Position numbers and translations under genes: made by a program. A DNA stretch of 64,000 nucleotides. Source: Candidatus Zixiibacteriota bacterium. GTDB lineage: Bacteria; Zixibacteria; MSB-5A5; UBA10806; 4484-95. Within the stretch, counting starts at the first letter, position 1; each line of letters starts with the position of its first letter. The DNA is taken from contig JBBIRK010000003.1 in NCBI GenBank assembly GCA_037441845.1, positions 271,711-335,710 on the forward strand, written 5' to 3'. The notes beneath the pieces are model-generated. The model saw only the letters and a program-made list of their open reading frames with translations. It did no database searches and was not told where the DNA came from. Shown in pieces: positions 1-9,414 of the stretch.

Positions 1-2
1 CG

Positions 3-299
3 GGGGTTAGTTTCGTGATATTGGAACCGCAATGGGTTCTTCCCGGCTACGAAATCGAAATCAGCCAGCATGATATCAAGACACTCGATGGCTCGGAAAA
101 TCAGGCCGATTATCAAACCTATCTGATTATCACCGTTCCCAGAGGCAAACCCGAGGAGATTTCGGCGAACCTGAAAGGGCCGTTGGTCATCAATCGGAAA
201 AATCTCCGGGCGATCCAAATGGTGTCAAGCAACCCGAATTATGAAATCCAATTCAAATTCGCGAAAATACAGGGAGCCGTCTCTGCCAGCGAACGATAA
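3..299 (+). CDS. fliW: Flagellar assembly factor FliW (5' truncated)
   Basis: Frame is open from the window edge: SFVILEP...Y, LIITVP...ISANLKGPLVIN...AIQ matches the FliW C-terminal TANLxAPxVIN motif; flagellar context. Confidence 0.88.
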   Translation, partial: GVSFVILEPQWVLPGYEIEISQHDIKTLDGSENQADYQTYLIITVPRGKPEEISANLKGPLVINRKNLRAIQMVSSNPNYEIQFKFAKIQGAVSASER

Positions 300-335
300 T
301 AATATCGCGCCGGCCATTTCCGCCGGCTCGATCAG

Positions 336-362
336 TAAAGATTAATCGGGAAATTCCGAATA
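336..362 (+). promoter_or_regulatory. Putative sigma28 (FliA) promoter
   Basis: TAAAGATT-N11-TCCGAATA versus consensus TAAAGTTT-N11-GCCGATAA, upstream of the glycosylation cluster. Confidence 0.55.
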
Positions 363-445
363 AATAAATACGAGAAGTTCCCGACGATTCGGAAGTACAT
401 CAGGAATTTAGTATCAGAACGATTTCGGTGCCCCAAGAGGTGAAG

Positions 446-2143
446 ATGAAAGACACGACGTTATCCGTGCCGAACAAATCGGAAATTATCGAGCTCGCCT
501 CGGAGTCATATATCTCGGGGGATTACGCGCGCACGGTGGAAATTCTCAGCTCGTTTCTCAAGAATAATCCGGAGGAGGCCGAGGCGCTGCATTTGCGGGG
601 TACCGCGCTCGCCCGTAGCGGTGATTTTCTGGCCGCCGAAAATGATTTCAAATCGGTGATCAAAATTCAACCTGACCGGGCGGATGCCTATTTCAATCTG
701 GGTTTGATTTACACTCAGCAAGGCAGGCTCGACGAAGCGATCGAAAAGTTCGAAACCACTTTACGCTTGAAGCCGCTCGACGCCCAAGCCATGAACGATC
801 TTGGTGTGCTTTATTGCTCCAAAGGAAAAACGGATAAGGCCGAGGAATTATTCGCCGCAGCTCTGAAAATAAATCCGGCATTCAAGGACGCCTTTCTGAA
901 TATATTCGAGATCCTGTGGAGCCGAGATAAATACAACGATGCGTTGGAAATAGCCCATGATTATTTGAAGAAACTTTCCACCACGGTCGCAGAACGCAAG
1001 CCGGAAGAAAATCCGCCTGAATCGGCCATGGAAAACAAGCCTCCGACAAGAGACACAGCACCACCGCAGATTACGATTCGGAGGCACGAGCGAGCGCTGG
1101 ACAGACTGACGGATAACGAAAGGAACGAACTGTTTTCCAAGCGAGTGCCCGAACATTTGCGCGGCAAGAAAACCGGAATGAACATCGCCGTGGTGGCCGA
1201 TTTCAATATAGCCGGCCAGTTGACCGGGCTATTCCGCCTGATCAACGAAAAAACGATCCACCGCGCCCGCTGCATCATCATCCAGGATGACTATCTTTCC
1301 TATGATTCCGATTTAGTGCTGTCGAAAGGCAAACAAGAGGACTTCGAAGAAGCCCTGCGCATTATCGGCAATGCCGATTTTTACCATGTGGGCAGGTTCC
1401 CTATAGCCAACGATAATTTTCCGCTGACGGATTATCTGCGCACGAACAACACTATAATCCAATATTTCGGGAGCGAGCTGAGATCAAACGGCTGGCAGAT
1501 TTACAACTGGCACAAAAGCAACCGCATAGTGGGACTGGCCGCCTGGGACTACACCATGATCAAAGATGCGCCGTTTTTCTACCACGTAAATATGATGTAT
1601 GATTCATCCAGGGTAAAAAAGGCGCAACCGCCAGAGGGGACAATTCGCATCGCCCACCCGACCACCAATCGACAAATCAAGAAAACGGAGCTGTTCTTGA
1701 AAGCGGTGGATTCTCTTCGCCGGCAAGGTTATGACGTGGAGCCGGTGGTTATCGAGGGGAAAACCAATCAGGAATGCCTCGATCTGAAGGCGACCTGCCA
1801 GATGACTTTCGATCAGATTTCGGTGGGGATATACGGCGTCTCGGCGATCGAATCGATGGCGGCCGGGCACGTGGTTTTCGGGGGAATTTCCAATTTCGCC
1901 GCCAGCTATCATCCGGATAATCCGATCGTCTGGGTGACGGAAAGTAATCTCGCGGAGAAAATCAGATATTATCTCGACCACAAAGACGAGATTATCGCGC
2001 GGGGAAAAGCCGGTATAGAGTGGGTGAAGAAAAACCATGATCCGGTGACTATACTGCGCCAGCACCTTTATCTTTACGATTTCGTGAAAAACGGGCATCG
2101 GTTTATGCAGGATCCCGACGATCAATTATTGAGGCTTGCATGA
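446..2143 (+). CDS. TPR repeat protein fused to a C-terminal GT-B-like glycosyltransferase domain
   Basis: N-terminal TPRs (AYFNLGLIY, AMNDLGVLY), a Pro-rich linker, then HPTTNRQIKKT...DQISVGIYGVSAIESMAAGHVV, a GT-B 'E-x-MA-x-G' type motif. ATG 446 follows GAGGTG; the ORF track starts at GTG 428. Confidence 0.75.
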   Translation: MKDTTLSVPNKSEIIELASESYISGDYARTVEILSSFLKNNPEEAEALHLRGTALARSGDFLAAENDFKSVIKIQPDRADAYFNLGLIYTQQGRLDEAIEKFETTLRLKPLDAQAMNDLGVLYCSKGKTDKAEELFAAALKINPAFKDAFLNIFEILWSRDKYNDALEIAHDYLKKLSTTVAERKPEENPPESAMENKPPTRDTAPPQITIRRHERALDRLTDNERNELFSKRVPEHLRGKKTGMNIAVVADFNIAGQLTGLFRLINEKTIHRARCIIIQDDYLSYDSDLVLSKGKQEDFEEALRIIGNADFYHVGRFPIANDNFPLTDYLRTNNTIIQYFGSELRSNGWQIYNWHKSNRIVGLAAWDYTMIKDAPFFYHVNMMYDSSRVKKAQPPEGTIRIAHPTTNRQIKKTELFLKAVDSLRRQGYDVEPVVIEGKTNQECLDLKATCQMTFDQISVGIYGVSAIESMAAGHVVFGGISNFAASYHPDNPIVWVTESNLAEKIRYYLDHKDEIIARGKAGIEWVKKNHDPVTILRQHLYLYDFVKNGHRFMQDPDDQLLRLA

Positions 2144-3138
2144 TCGAAGGAAAAAATATCTTTATAACCGGCGGGGCGGGGTTTATCGGGACTGCGCTGA
2201 TCGGTAGGCTGGTTCAGGCCAATCGGATTACGGTATATGACAATTTATCGCGGGACAGTTTGAAAGATTCCTATTTCAGGGATCACCGCAATATCAAGCT
2301 GATTCAGGGCGATATCCTGGATTTCGATCATCTCCGATCCTGCATAGGCAAACCCGACATCATAATTCATCTGGCGGCGGTGGCTGGAATTGACACGGTG
2401 ATTAAGAGTCCGGTACAGACCATGAAAGTCAATCTTCTGGGCACGCTCAATATCCTCGAGGCCGCGGCGGGACTGGAGAGTCTCGATCGATTGGCCAGCT
2501 TTTCGACATCCGAAGTTTTCGGTTCGTATGCCTATCGATCCGAGGAAAATGATAGCACCGCCTTGGGCGCGGTCGGCAATGCCCGCTGGACCTACGCCGT
2601 AAGCAAGCTGGCCGGCGAACACCTTACTTACAGCTACTTTTCCGAAAGAGGCCTGCCGGTGGTCACGATCCGCCCCTTCAATATATATGGAGCAGGGCAA
2701 GTAGGCGAGGGAGCCGTGCATCATTTTATCACTCGGGCTCTGCAAAACCAAGATCTGATAATCCATGGCGACGGCGATCAAATAAGGTCTTGGTGTCATA
2801 TCGATGATCTCGTCGATGGTGTCCTGCTGGCGCTCGAGAAAAAAGAGGCGATAGGGAACTGTTTCAATGTCGGCAACCCGAGAGGGACGATCACCATAAA
2901 CGGTTTGGCGCTGGCGGTGATCCGGGTAACCTACTCTAAGTCCAAAATAGTTTACATACCGAAAAATTACGCCGATGTGGAGTTGCGGATTCCCAATATC
3001 GACAAAGCCAAAAAATTGCTTGGATTTCAACCCCAGATAGATCTTGAGGATGGATTGAGAAGAACGGCCACCTGGTATTATGGCAAAATCTTCGGCAATA
3101 AACCTTATCAGACCCAACCTGTCGAGACAGGCGTTTAA
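2140..3138 (+). CDS. NAD-dependent NDP-sugar epimerase/dehydratase (extended SDR)
   Basis: ITGGAGFIG, HLAA, STSEVFG, YAVSK (YxxxK), RPFNIYG, GDGDQIRSW. Confidence 0.92.
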   Translation: MIEGKNIFITGGAGFIGTALIGRLVQANRITVYDNLSRDSLKDSYFRDHRNIKLIQGDILDFDHLRSCIGKPDIIIHLAAVAGIDTVIKSPVQTMKVNLLGTLNILEAAAGLESLDRLASFSTSEVFGSYAYRSEENDSTALGAVGNARWTYAVSKLAGEHLTYSYFSERGLPVVTIRPFNIYGAGQVGEGAVHHFITRALQNQDLIIHGDGDQIRSWCHIDDLVDGVLLALEKKEAIGNCFNVGNPRGTITINGLALAVIRVTYSKSKIVYIPKNYADVELRIPNIDKAKKLLGFQPQIDLEDGLRRTATWYYGKIFGNKPYQTQPVETGV

Positions 3139-4207
3139 GGCCGTATCCGACGTATTGGAGTCCGGTCGACTGGTTTGCGGTCCGGTCGTCGAGAAATTCG
3201 AACGAAATCTGGCCGACTATCTCGGTGTTCCCGATGTGGTATGCGTATCATCGGGCACCGCCGCGTTGCACCTTGCTTTATTGGCGGCCGGAGTCAGCAG
3301 TGGGGACGAAGTAGTCGTGCCGGCATTCACTTTCCCTGCCACTGCAAACGTCGTCGAGCATATCGGAGCCCGACCGGTCTTCGTGGATAATGCCCCGGGC
3401 GGCGTAAATTTGGATGCAGACAAACTCGAAAGCTTGATCAGTCCAAAAACCAAAGCGATTATGCCCGTTCACGCTTTTGGATTTCCCGCGGATATGGCCA
3501 AAATACTGGAAATCGCCGGCAGACATATGATTCCGGTGATTGAGGATGCCGCGTGCGCCCTGGGTTCGCGCTATGAGGGCAGACTGTGCGGCACGTTCGG
3601 GATCATGGCAGCTTTCAGTTTTCACCCCCGCAAATTATTGACCACGGGCGAGGGCGGCGCTATCGCCGTGCAAGACCGGAAATCGGCTGAATTATTGAAA
3701 AGCCTGCGCAATCATGGCAACGAAAACGGCGAATTCCGTCATGCCGGCTATAATTATCGCATGACCGAGATGCAGGCGGCTATCGGCATTTCCCAGCTTG
3801 AAACATACGATGAATATATCGCCGAACGCGGGCGGCTTGCCGATGCTTATCGGCGGATGTTGGGCAATCATATCAATATGGAAATGGAAACGCCGGAACC
3901 GAATACGACACCGAATTGGCAGACAATCTTGGCACAAGTCGGTCCGGGTGTGGATCGCGATGAATTGATCAAATTCCTGGCGGCTCAGGGCGTGGAAACA
4001 TCCATAGGCACCTACTGTGTGCCGCTTACTCCTTATTACCGCAATAAATATGGTTTCGAGCCAGCTGATTTCCCTTGGGCGTACGAGGCATTCAAGAACC
4101 GTATCGCATTGCCGCTTTATTCCGCAATGCCGATTTCGGATATCGAAAAAGTGATCGACGCCATCAGGCGATTCGAAGACTCGTTAGTGGAGGTCGGGAC
4201 TTCATGA
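3080..4207 (+). CDS. DegT/DnrJ/EryC1/StrS family PLP-dependent sugar aminotransferase
   Basis: SSGTAALHLAL, GDEVVVPAFTFPAT, IEDAACALGS, SFHPRKLLTTGEGG (PLP lysine), GYNYRMTE. Confidence 0.93.
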   Translation: MAKSSAINLIRPNLSRQAFKAVSDVLESGRLVCGPVVEKFERNLADYLGVPDVVCVSSGTAALHLALLAAGVSSGDEVVVPAFTFPATANVVEHIGARPVFVDNAPGGVNLDADKLESLISPKTKAIMPVHAFGFPADMAKILEIAGRHMIPVIEDAACALGSRYEGRLCGTFGIMAAFSFHPRKLLTTGEGGAIAVQDRKSAELLKSLRNHGNENGEFRHAGYNYRMTEMQAAIGISQLETYDEYIAERGRLADAYRRMLGNHINMEMETPEPNTTPNWQTILAQVGPGVDRDELIKFLAAQGVETSIGTYCVPLTPYYRNKYGFEPADFPWAYEAFKNRIALPLYSAMPISDIEKVIDAIRRFEDSLVEVGTS

Positions 4208-5139
4208 AAGCGGCGATAGCCGGGAATACTTCTCTCACATACTATTGTCTTGAGTATTTGTGTCGCTCGGGAATGACGGATCTGATTTTGATTTTGCCCA
4301 GAAACAATCATAACGATAATTATGACCTGGCGGAATTCGATTCACTTGTGAGAGAATTCGCTTTACCCTATTTCAAAATTCCCGTTCCCCATGACGAGAA
4401 TGATATACCGGAAGTCGATTTGTTGGTCTGCCTTGAATGGCCGGAGAGGTTGCGTTTGCCGCTTAATCCCAGATCGGGAGTGATTTCGACTAATCTATTC
4501 AGACAATTTTCGACAAAAAGCATCAGCGACCTGGCCGCCGCCCTCGATAGCGGAGCCGATCATTTCAAGCTCGAGCTGGCGTTAGCCTCGCCTGCGACGG
4601 AAAAAAAGACGATCGTCGCCGCGGTGGAATTGCCGATTTGCGAATTCGACAATCTGCGGTCTCTGAAGACCAAGGCCGCCGCCGCGACAGCCAGACAATT
4701 ACTGGGGATGTTAACCGAAGGTCGGTTTCTGGGGGAGAACAATCCAAGAGCAGGGACGGGCTTATTAACGTCGAGATTCGACAGGGCAATCGATTGGTAT
4801 CGACCGGTCGGCGAGATTCAAAATAAAGTAAGAGCATATACTCATCCCGGACCGGGCTGTATCACTCGCATGGAGAATCATAGTCTCTATGTATGGCACG
4901 GGCACGCATTCGACAAGTCAAGCGGAATTTATGAACGGGCGGAACCGGGGACCGTGCTCGATGTCGTAGAAGAGGTGGGGATAGCGCTGCAAGCGGCGGA
5001 CGGATCTTTTCTAATAACCAAAATTCAGCAGGCGGGAGCGCCCGAGTTACCCTCATGGGTGTGGGCATACGGATTTCATCTCAAGCCGGGTGATAGATTC
5101 GATTCGGTGAGTCAAGGACGAGTTACCTTGGCCGTTTAA
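4204..5139 (+). CDS. Formyltransferase-like protein (Fmt/ArnA fold) with a degenerate catalytic region
   Basis: C-terminal IDWYRPVGEIQNKVRAYTHPGPG...PGTVLDV...DGSFLITKIQ resembles the formyltransferase C-terminal domain. ATG 4204 overlaps the upstream stop (ATGA). Confidence 0.65.
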   Translation: MKAAIAGNTSLTYYCLEYLCRSGMTDLILILPRNNHNDNYDLAEFDSLVREFALPYFKIPVPHDENDIPEVDLLVCLEWPERLRLPLNPRSGVISTNLFRQFSTKSISDLAAALDSGADHFKLELALASPATEKKTIVAAVELPICEFDNLRSLKTKAAAATARQLLGMLTEGRFLGENNPRAGTGLLTSRFDRAIDWYRPVGEIQNKVRAYTHPGPGCITRMENHSLYVWHGHAFDKSSGIYERAEPGTVLDVVEEVGIALQAADGSFLITKIQQAGAPELPSWVWAYGFHLKPGDRFDSVSQGRVTLAV

Positions 5140-5295
5140 GGACCGAACTTTGCGGAAATTACGCTACAAGAGCGGTCGCTTGCTTTCGAAAATGTTGCAT
5201 AGCGGCGTCGTTTTCGAGGGCGACGAAAAAACATTTGAAATAGAGGTGCCGGGCATGGGAAGAATGAGAACCGGCAAGATTCATTGTTGCTTTCA

Positions 5296-5322
5296 TAAAA
5301 CCGAAGCCCGACGTAACGATAC
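5296..5322 (+). promoter_or_regulatory. Possible sigma28 promoter
   Basis: TAAA-N15-AACGATAC, about 50 nt upstream of the acyltransferase gene, in the only sizeable gap of the cluster. Confidence 0.35.
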
Positions 5323-5372
5323 GGTCGAAAAACAAAAAAGCGGGATGCAGCCCGTAGAGGAAGGTTTATCGC

Positions 5373-5918
5373 GTGGGTAAATGGCGTTCGCATGGATCCG
5401 GTCTTGATTTCCTGGCGAATCTCGGCTGGCTCGGAAAAAACGTTATTATCGAAGACGGCGTGCGGATATTTTTCCCGGAAAAAGTTGAGATAGGCGACGA
5501 CGTATATATCGGCCATGATACGATACTGAAAGGATATTTCGATCGCCGCCTGGTTATCGGAAGCGGAACTTGGATCGGGCCTCAATGTTTTATCTACGCC
5601 GCCGGCGGGATCAAAATCGGTCGAAACGTGGGAATAGGGCCGAAAGTCACGATTATGTCTTCGGCACATAAAGACGACGGCAACCATGGTCCGATTTTGC
5701 ATAAGCCGCTCGAATTCGCGCAGGTGGTTATCGATGACGGCAGCGATATAGGGGCGGGCGCGACGATACTTAAAGGAGTCCGCATCGGCAAGGAGGTTCA
5801 AATCGGCGCCGGGGCGGTAGTGACTAAAGATATCCCGGATATGGCGATTGCCGCCGGGGTTCCCGCAAAAATAATAAGGGTGAAAAAAACGCAGATGGCA
5901 GATGTCGAAAGCAGGTAA
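5373..5918 (+). CDS. Hexapeptide-repeat (left-handed beta-helix) acyltransferase, probable sugar N/O-acetyltransferase
   Basis: Repeats IGDDVYIG, IGSGTWIG, IGRNVGIG and C-terminal IGAGAVVTKDIP...GVPAKIIR; GTG start after GAGGAAGG. Confidence 0.9.
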   Translation: MGKWRSHGSGLDFLANLGWLGKNVIIEDGVRIFFPEKVEIGDDVYIGHDTILKGYFDRRLVIGSGTWIGPQCFIYAAGGIKIGRNVGIGPKVTIMSSAHKDDGNHGPILHKPLEFAQVVIDDGSDIGAGATILKGVRIGKEVQIGAGAVVTKDIPDMAIAAGVPAKIIRVKKTQMADVESR

Positions 5919-6438
5919 TAAATATCCGCAGAAGGGGAATATTCCAGCGCCGGTTGTCCGCACCTACGGTCGTTTCGTCTCCAAGGATTTCCTCAAGCTT
6001 GCGCGCAACAGCTACGCGGTGAAAAAGTATTCGCGTGCGATCGATAACTGTCGTCTTGCGGTCGATATGGCCATTAAAAACAAGAATAACGCCGCCGCCG
6101 CGGAGGCCTACGATCTCTGGATAAACATTCTTCTCCAGGAAGGTAAGTATGCCGAAGTCAAAAAAACGGCGTGCGAGGCGCGAAGCCGTATCGGTAATTA
6201 TCTCGATCTTCTTTATTACGAATTCGTAGCCTCTCTGCATCTCGGCAATCCGCAAAATTCCGTCAGGCTCGGTCGGGAATTCGTTCAGCTTGCCGAGTCG
6301 ATCGACGGTAAAGATTCATTCGGCACTCTAAGTAGAAATAAAGTCGATGAAGTAAAAGCAATAATTCAAAATCCGGACGGCGGTCCCACCGATCACCCCG
6401 GTGATGAGGCAGAACATGAAATCCCGAATATCCCATAA
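5902..6438 (+). CDS. Small helical/TPR-like protein, paralogous to the N-terminus of the downstream glycosyltransferase
   Basis: Overlaps both neighbours. ARSRIGNYLDLLY...RLGREF aligns by eye with AEKTLGDYLDLTF...RLISEF of the next ORF. Confidence 0.65.
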   Translation: MSKAGNKYPQKGNIPAPVVRTYGRFVSKDFLKLARNSYAVKKYSRAIDNCRLAVDMAIKNKNNAAAAEAYDLWINILLQEGKYAEVKKTACEARSRIGNYLDLLYYEFVASLHLGNPQNSVRLGREFVQLAESIDGKDSFGTLSRNKVDEVKAIIQNPDGGPTDHPGDEAEHEIPNIP

Positions 6439-9238
6439 GAGAATGAATAATCCCGAATCGATGTTGCTAAAGGCTGAGAAAGCATTGGCCGCAAAAGATA
6501 TCGAGAAGGCCGTCGCTTTCTGCGAGAAAGCCATGAAATTGCGTCAATCGCCGGATACCCGCCGCAAGCTTGCCCGACTCTACTTCATGCACGTATTATC
6601 GCTAATGGAATCGAACGACTACGACAAGGCGAATCAAATTATCTCTCGGGCAGAAAAGACGCTGGGCGATTATCTCGATCTGACTTTCATGAAAATAAGC
6701 TCGGCTTTCGGCTCAGGCGACTTCGCCAAGACGATCCGACTGATCTCGGAATTCGAATCCCAGCGCGAAAAAACCGATAAGTTGCGCGACGAAGGCTTTG
6801 CCGAATCTTACGATCAATTTCCCGAAATATTATGGTTAGGATCGGAGGCGGCAGGGAAGCTGCTCGATACTGAGCTTTCGACCAGCTTGATGGAAAAATC
6901 GCTCGAGCTCGCCCCGGACCATCATGCGCACCGGGTCCATCTCGCTTCCTTTCTTGCGAAAATGGGCAAGGATGAAAAAGCTTTGGCGGTGATCGATGAG
7001 GGGATAAAGAGATATCCAGCGGTGGTCGCACTGCAAAATGCCAAGGGCATGGTATATGCGGAAATGGAACGATTGAGCGAGGCGGAATCGACAATCAAGG
7101 AATTTATCGAAAAATATCCCTCCGACATCGACGCCATAAATAATCTTGGGGTGGTTTACGATAAAATGGGTTTGTATGAAAAAGCCCAAGCCCAATTTCA
7201 AAAGGCGCTGGAACTGGATCCGAACAACCAGACCGCTCGGGATAATCTAAATTATCTGAAAAACAATATAGCGACAGAACCGCAAAGAATTTCGCTCTGT
7301 ATGATCGTTAAAAACGAAGAGAAGTTTTTGCCGGGATGCTTGAAAACGGTTAAGGGTCTGGTCGATGAAATAATCGTTGTGGATACCGGTTCCACCGACC
7401 GCACCATGGAAATCGCCCGCGAATACGGAGCGAAAATTTTTGAACATCCATGGCAAAACGATTTTTCATTCCATCGCAATCAATCGATCGACTACGCTAC
7501 AGGCGATTGGATACTCATTTTGGATGCCGACGAGGAGCTGGATCCTGCCGAGCACGATATTATCCGCTCGGTGGTCAAACGCAAAGACATAGATTCGGTT
7601 TCGTTCGTGGTTTACAACAAGATTCAATCCGGCAGGGTGGGTTTCCTGAACTCTCAGAGACTTTTCCGCAACGGCAAAGGATTCAAGTACTCGGGGATCG
7701 TTCACAATCAACTCGAAATTAGCGGCAAGACGCTCATGAGCCACCTGAAAGTGATCCATCACGGTTACGGCTTGCCGGACGAAATGATGCGCAAGAAAGC
7801 GGAGCGCACGGAAAAACTGTTGCTGGCGCAGCTGGAGGAGAATCCGGATGCGATATTCCCGCATTTCAACTTGGCGCAGATATACCGGGGGATGGGCGAG
7901 CCCGCCAAGAGTCTTGAACATGCCAAGATCGTGGTCGAAAAATTGGGCCCGGACGACCTTGATCGGAGACATGTTTACGCCATGGCGCTCGATCAGATGG
8001 GGTGCGCTTATATCGGACTCGAACGGTTCGACGAAGCCGAAGAGGTGTTTTTGAAAACGCTCGAATTCAAAGACGATTATCTGGATCCGATGTTCAATCT
8101 CGGCTATATGTATATGCGACAGCAACGTCATGACGATGCCGAAAAGATATTCGAAAGATACCTATTGACCAAGAGCAGATATTCGCCTCATCGTGAATGG
8201 CTGGGGTTGATCTTGAATAATCTGCACAGCGAATTCGCCGTTTATTACGGGCTGGGATTGATCTCGTTTGTCAGAAAAAATTACGATCAAGCGATCGAAA
8301 GATTGCATAGGGCGCTCGATTACACCGATGATTTCGAATATCTACACCATTTGTTGGCGCGCTGTTATCGCGAGAAAAACCAATTCACGAAAGTTCTCGA
8401 ACATTGCGCAAAAGCGATTCAGTATGGTCACGAGGACGCTGAAATTAGAATGATCGAGGGGGAAGCGTATTTGAATTTGGGCAGGTCGTCCGAGGCGAAG
8501 AAATCGTTCGCTCGCGCACTCGAGTTGAATCCTGCATTAAGCGAAGCGCATCTGGGCATGATCGGTGCTTCTTCGATCGACAGCAATCCGCAAGAAGTGC
8601 TGCGACAGCTCGACGAATTCCTCGAAAAAATTTCGCCCTTTTCTCCTCAGGGGATAGCTTCCCGTGGCGATCTGCTTTTCGAAATGGGAGATTATGCGGG
8701 AGCCTTGCGAAGCTATCATGATTCGAATCGTATCGCTCCCGATGATTTCAAAGTGTTGAATAACCTCGGAAATTGTTTCACCAAAAGCGGAAATTTCGCC
8801 TCTGCCGAGGAATACTACCGCAAAGCGATCGGCATCAATCCGAAGTTTCTTGCCTCGTACAGGAATCTCGCCGTCGCTTTAATCGGCCAAAACAAGCACC
8901 AGGAAGCGCTCGAATACCTCGAATTTTATAGGAATAACAATCCGAACGATGCCGATGTCTATGCCACGATGGGAGATCTTTATTACGGGCAAAAGCGATA
9001 TAATGCGGCAATTGACAGCTATGAAAAATACTTGCAGCATCAGCCGAACAGCCTCGATGCCATAGTCAGATTGGCCGATTGCTATTTCAATCAGGGGAAA
9101 ATTTCCGCCGCCGCGGCCGGGTATAAAGCCGTCTTAAAAAGAAATCCTGAACACGGGATCGCCGCCCAGCGGCTCTCGGCCATCATCGAGTATTCTAAGC
9201 CGATACAAGATAAGAAGATAGAACCGGTAACACCCTGA
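6416..9238 (+). CDS. TPR-GT2-TPR glycosyltransferase
   Basis: Central GT2 domain ISLCMIVKNEE...VVDTGSTDRT...WQNDFSFHRN...ILDADE (DxD)...HHGY, flanked by many TPRs. Start uncertain (6401/6416/6443). Confidence 0.9.
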   Translation: MKSRISHKRMNNPESMLLKAEKALAAKDIEKAVAFCEKAMKLRQSPDTRRKLARLYFMHVLSLMESNDYDKANQIISRAEKTLGDYLDLTFMKISSAFGSGDFAKTIRLISEFESQREKTDKLRDEGFAESYDQFPEILWLGSEAAGKLLDTELSTSLMEKSLELAPDHHAHRVHLASFLAKMGKDEKALAVIDEGIKRYPAVVALQNAKGMVYAEMERLSEAESTIKEFIEKYPSDIDAINNLGVVYDKMGLYEKAQAQFQKALELDPNNQTARDNLNYLKNNIATEPQRISLCMIVKNEEKFLPGCLKTVKGLVDEIIVVDTGSTDRTMEIAREYGAKIFEHPWQNDFSFHRNQSIDYATGDWILILDADEELDPAEHDIIRSVVKRKDIDSVSFVVYNKIQSGRVGFLNSQRLFRNGKGFKYSGIVHNQLEISGKTLMSHLKVIHHGYGLPDEMMRKKAERTEKLLLAQLEENPDAIFPHFNLAQIYRGMGEPAKSLEHAKIVVEKLGPDDLDRRHVYAMALDQMGCAYIGLERFDEAEEVFLKTLEFKDDYLDPMFNLGYMYMRQQRHDDAEKIFERYLLTKSRYSPHREWLGLILNNLHSEFAVYYGLGLISFVRKNYDQAIERLHRALDYTDDFEYLHHLLARCYREKNQFTKVLEHCAKAIQYGHEDAEIRMIEGEAYLNLGRSSEAKKSFARALELNPALSEAHLGMIGASSIDSNPQEVLRQLDEFLEKISPFSPQGIASRGDLLFEMGDYAGALRSYHDSNRIAPDDFKVLNNLGNCFTKSGNFASAEEYYRKAIGINPKFLASYRNLAVALIGQNKHQEALEYLEFYRNNNPNDADVYATMGDLYYGQKRYNAAIDSYEKYLQHQPNSLDAIVRLADCYFNQGKISAAAAGYKAVLKRNPEHGIAAQRLSAIIEYSKPIQDKKIEPVTP

Positions 9239-9249
9239 ACTTAAAATGC

Positions 9250-9276
9250 TAATCTTTTTCTCTGTCTTGCCGAAAC
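9250..9276 (+). promoter_or_regulatory. Putative sigma28 promoter of flagellin
   Basis: TAAT-N15-GCCGAAAC, about 140 nt upstream of the flagellin ATG. Confidence 0.6.
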
Positions 9277-9368
9277 AATACACAAAAGCTTCGCATCGTT
9301 GGCGCATTACAAAAAAAGGAGGAAACAAGAAAGAGGAAAAGCCGCAGTAATTTTTCTCGATCAATTTT

Positions 9369-9407
9369 TGCAGACAAAGGATGTTTGCAGACCAAATTCA
9401 AGGAGGA
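9369..9407 (+). promoter_or_regulatory. Putative CsrA-binding leader of flagellin mRNA
   Basis: Hairpin TGCAGACA-[AAGGA]-TGTTTGCA displays ANGGA in its loop; a second AAGGA lies within the SD (CAAGGAGGA). Confidence 0.7.
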
Positions 9408-9414
9408 ATCTTAA

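Noticed and set aside
5150..5380. 76-aa ORF between the formyltransferase-like and acyltransferase genes
   Set aside because: TTG start, no recognisable motif, and it overlaps a possible sigma28 promoter. It cannot be excluded but is unsupported.
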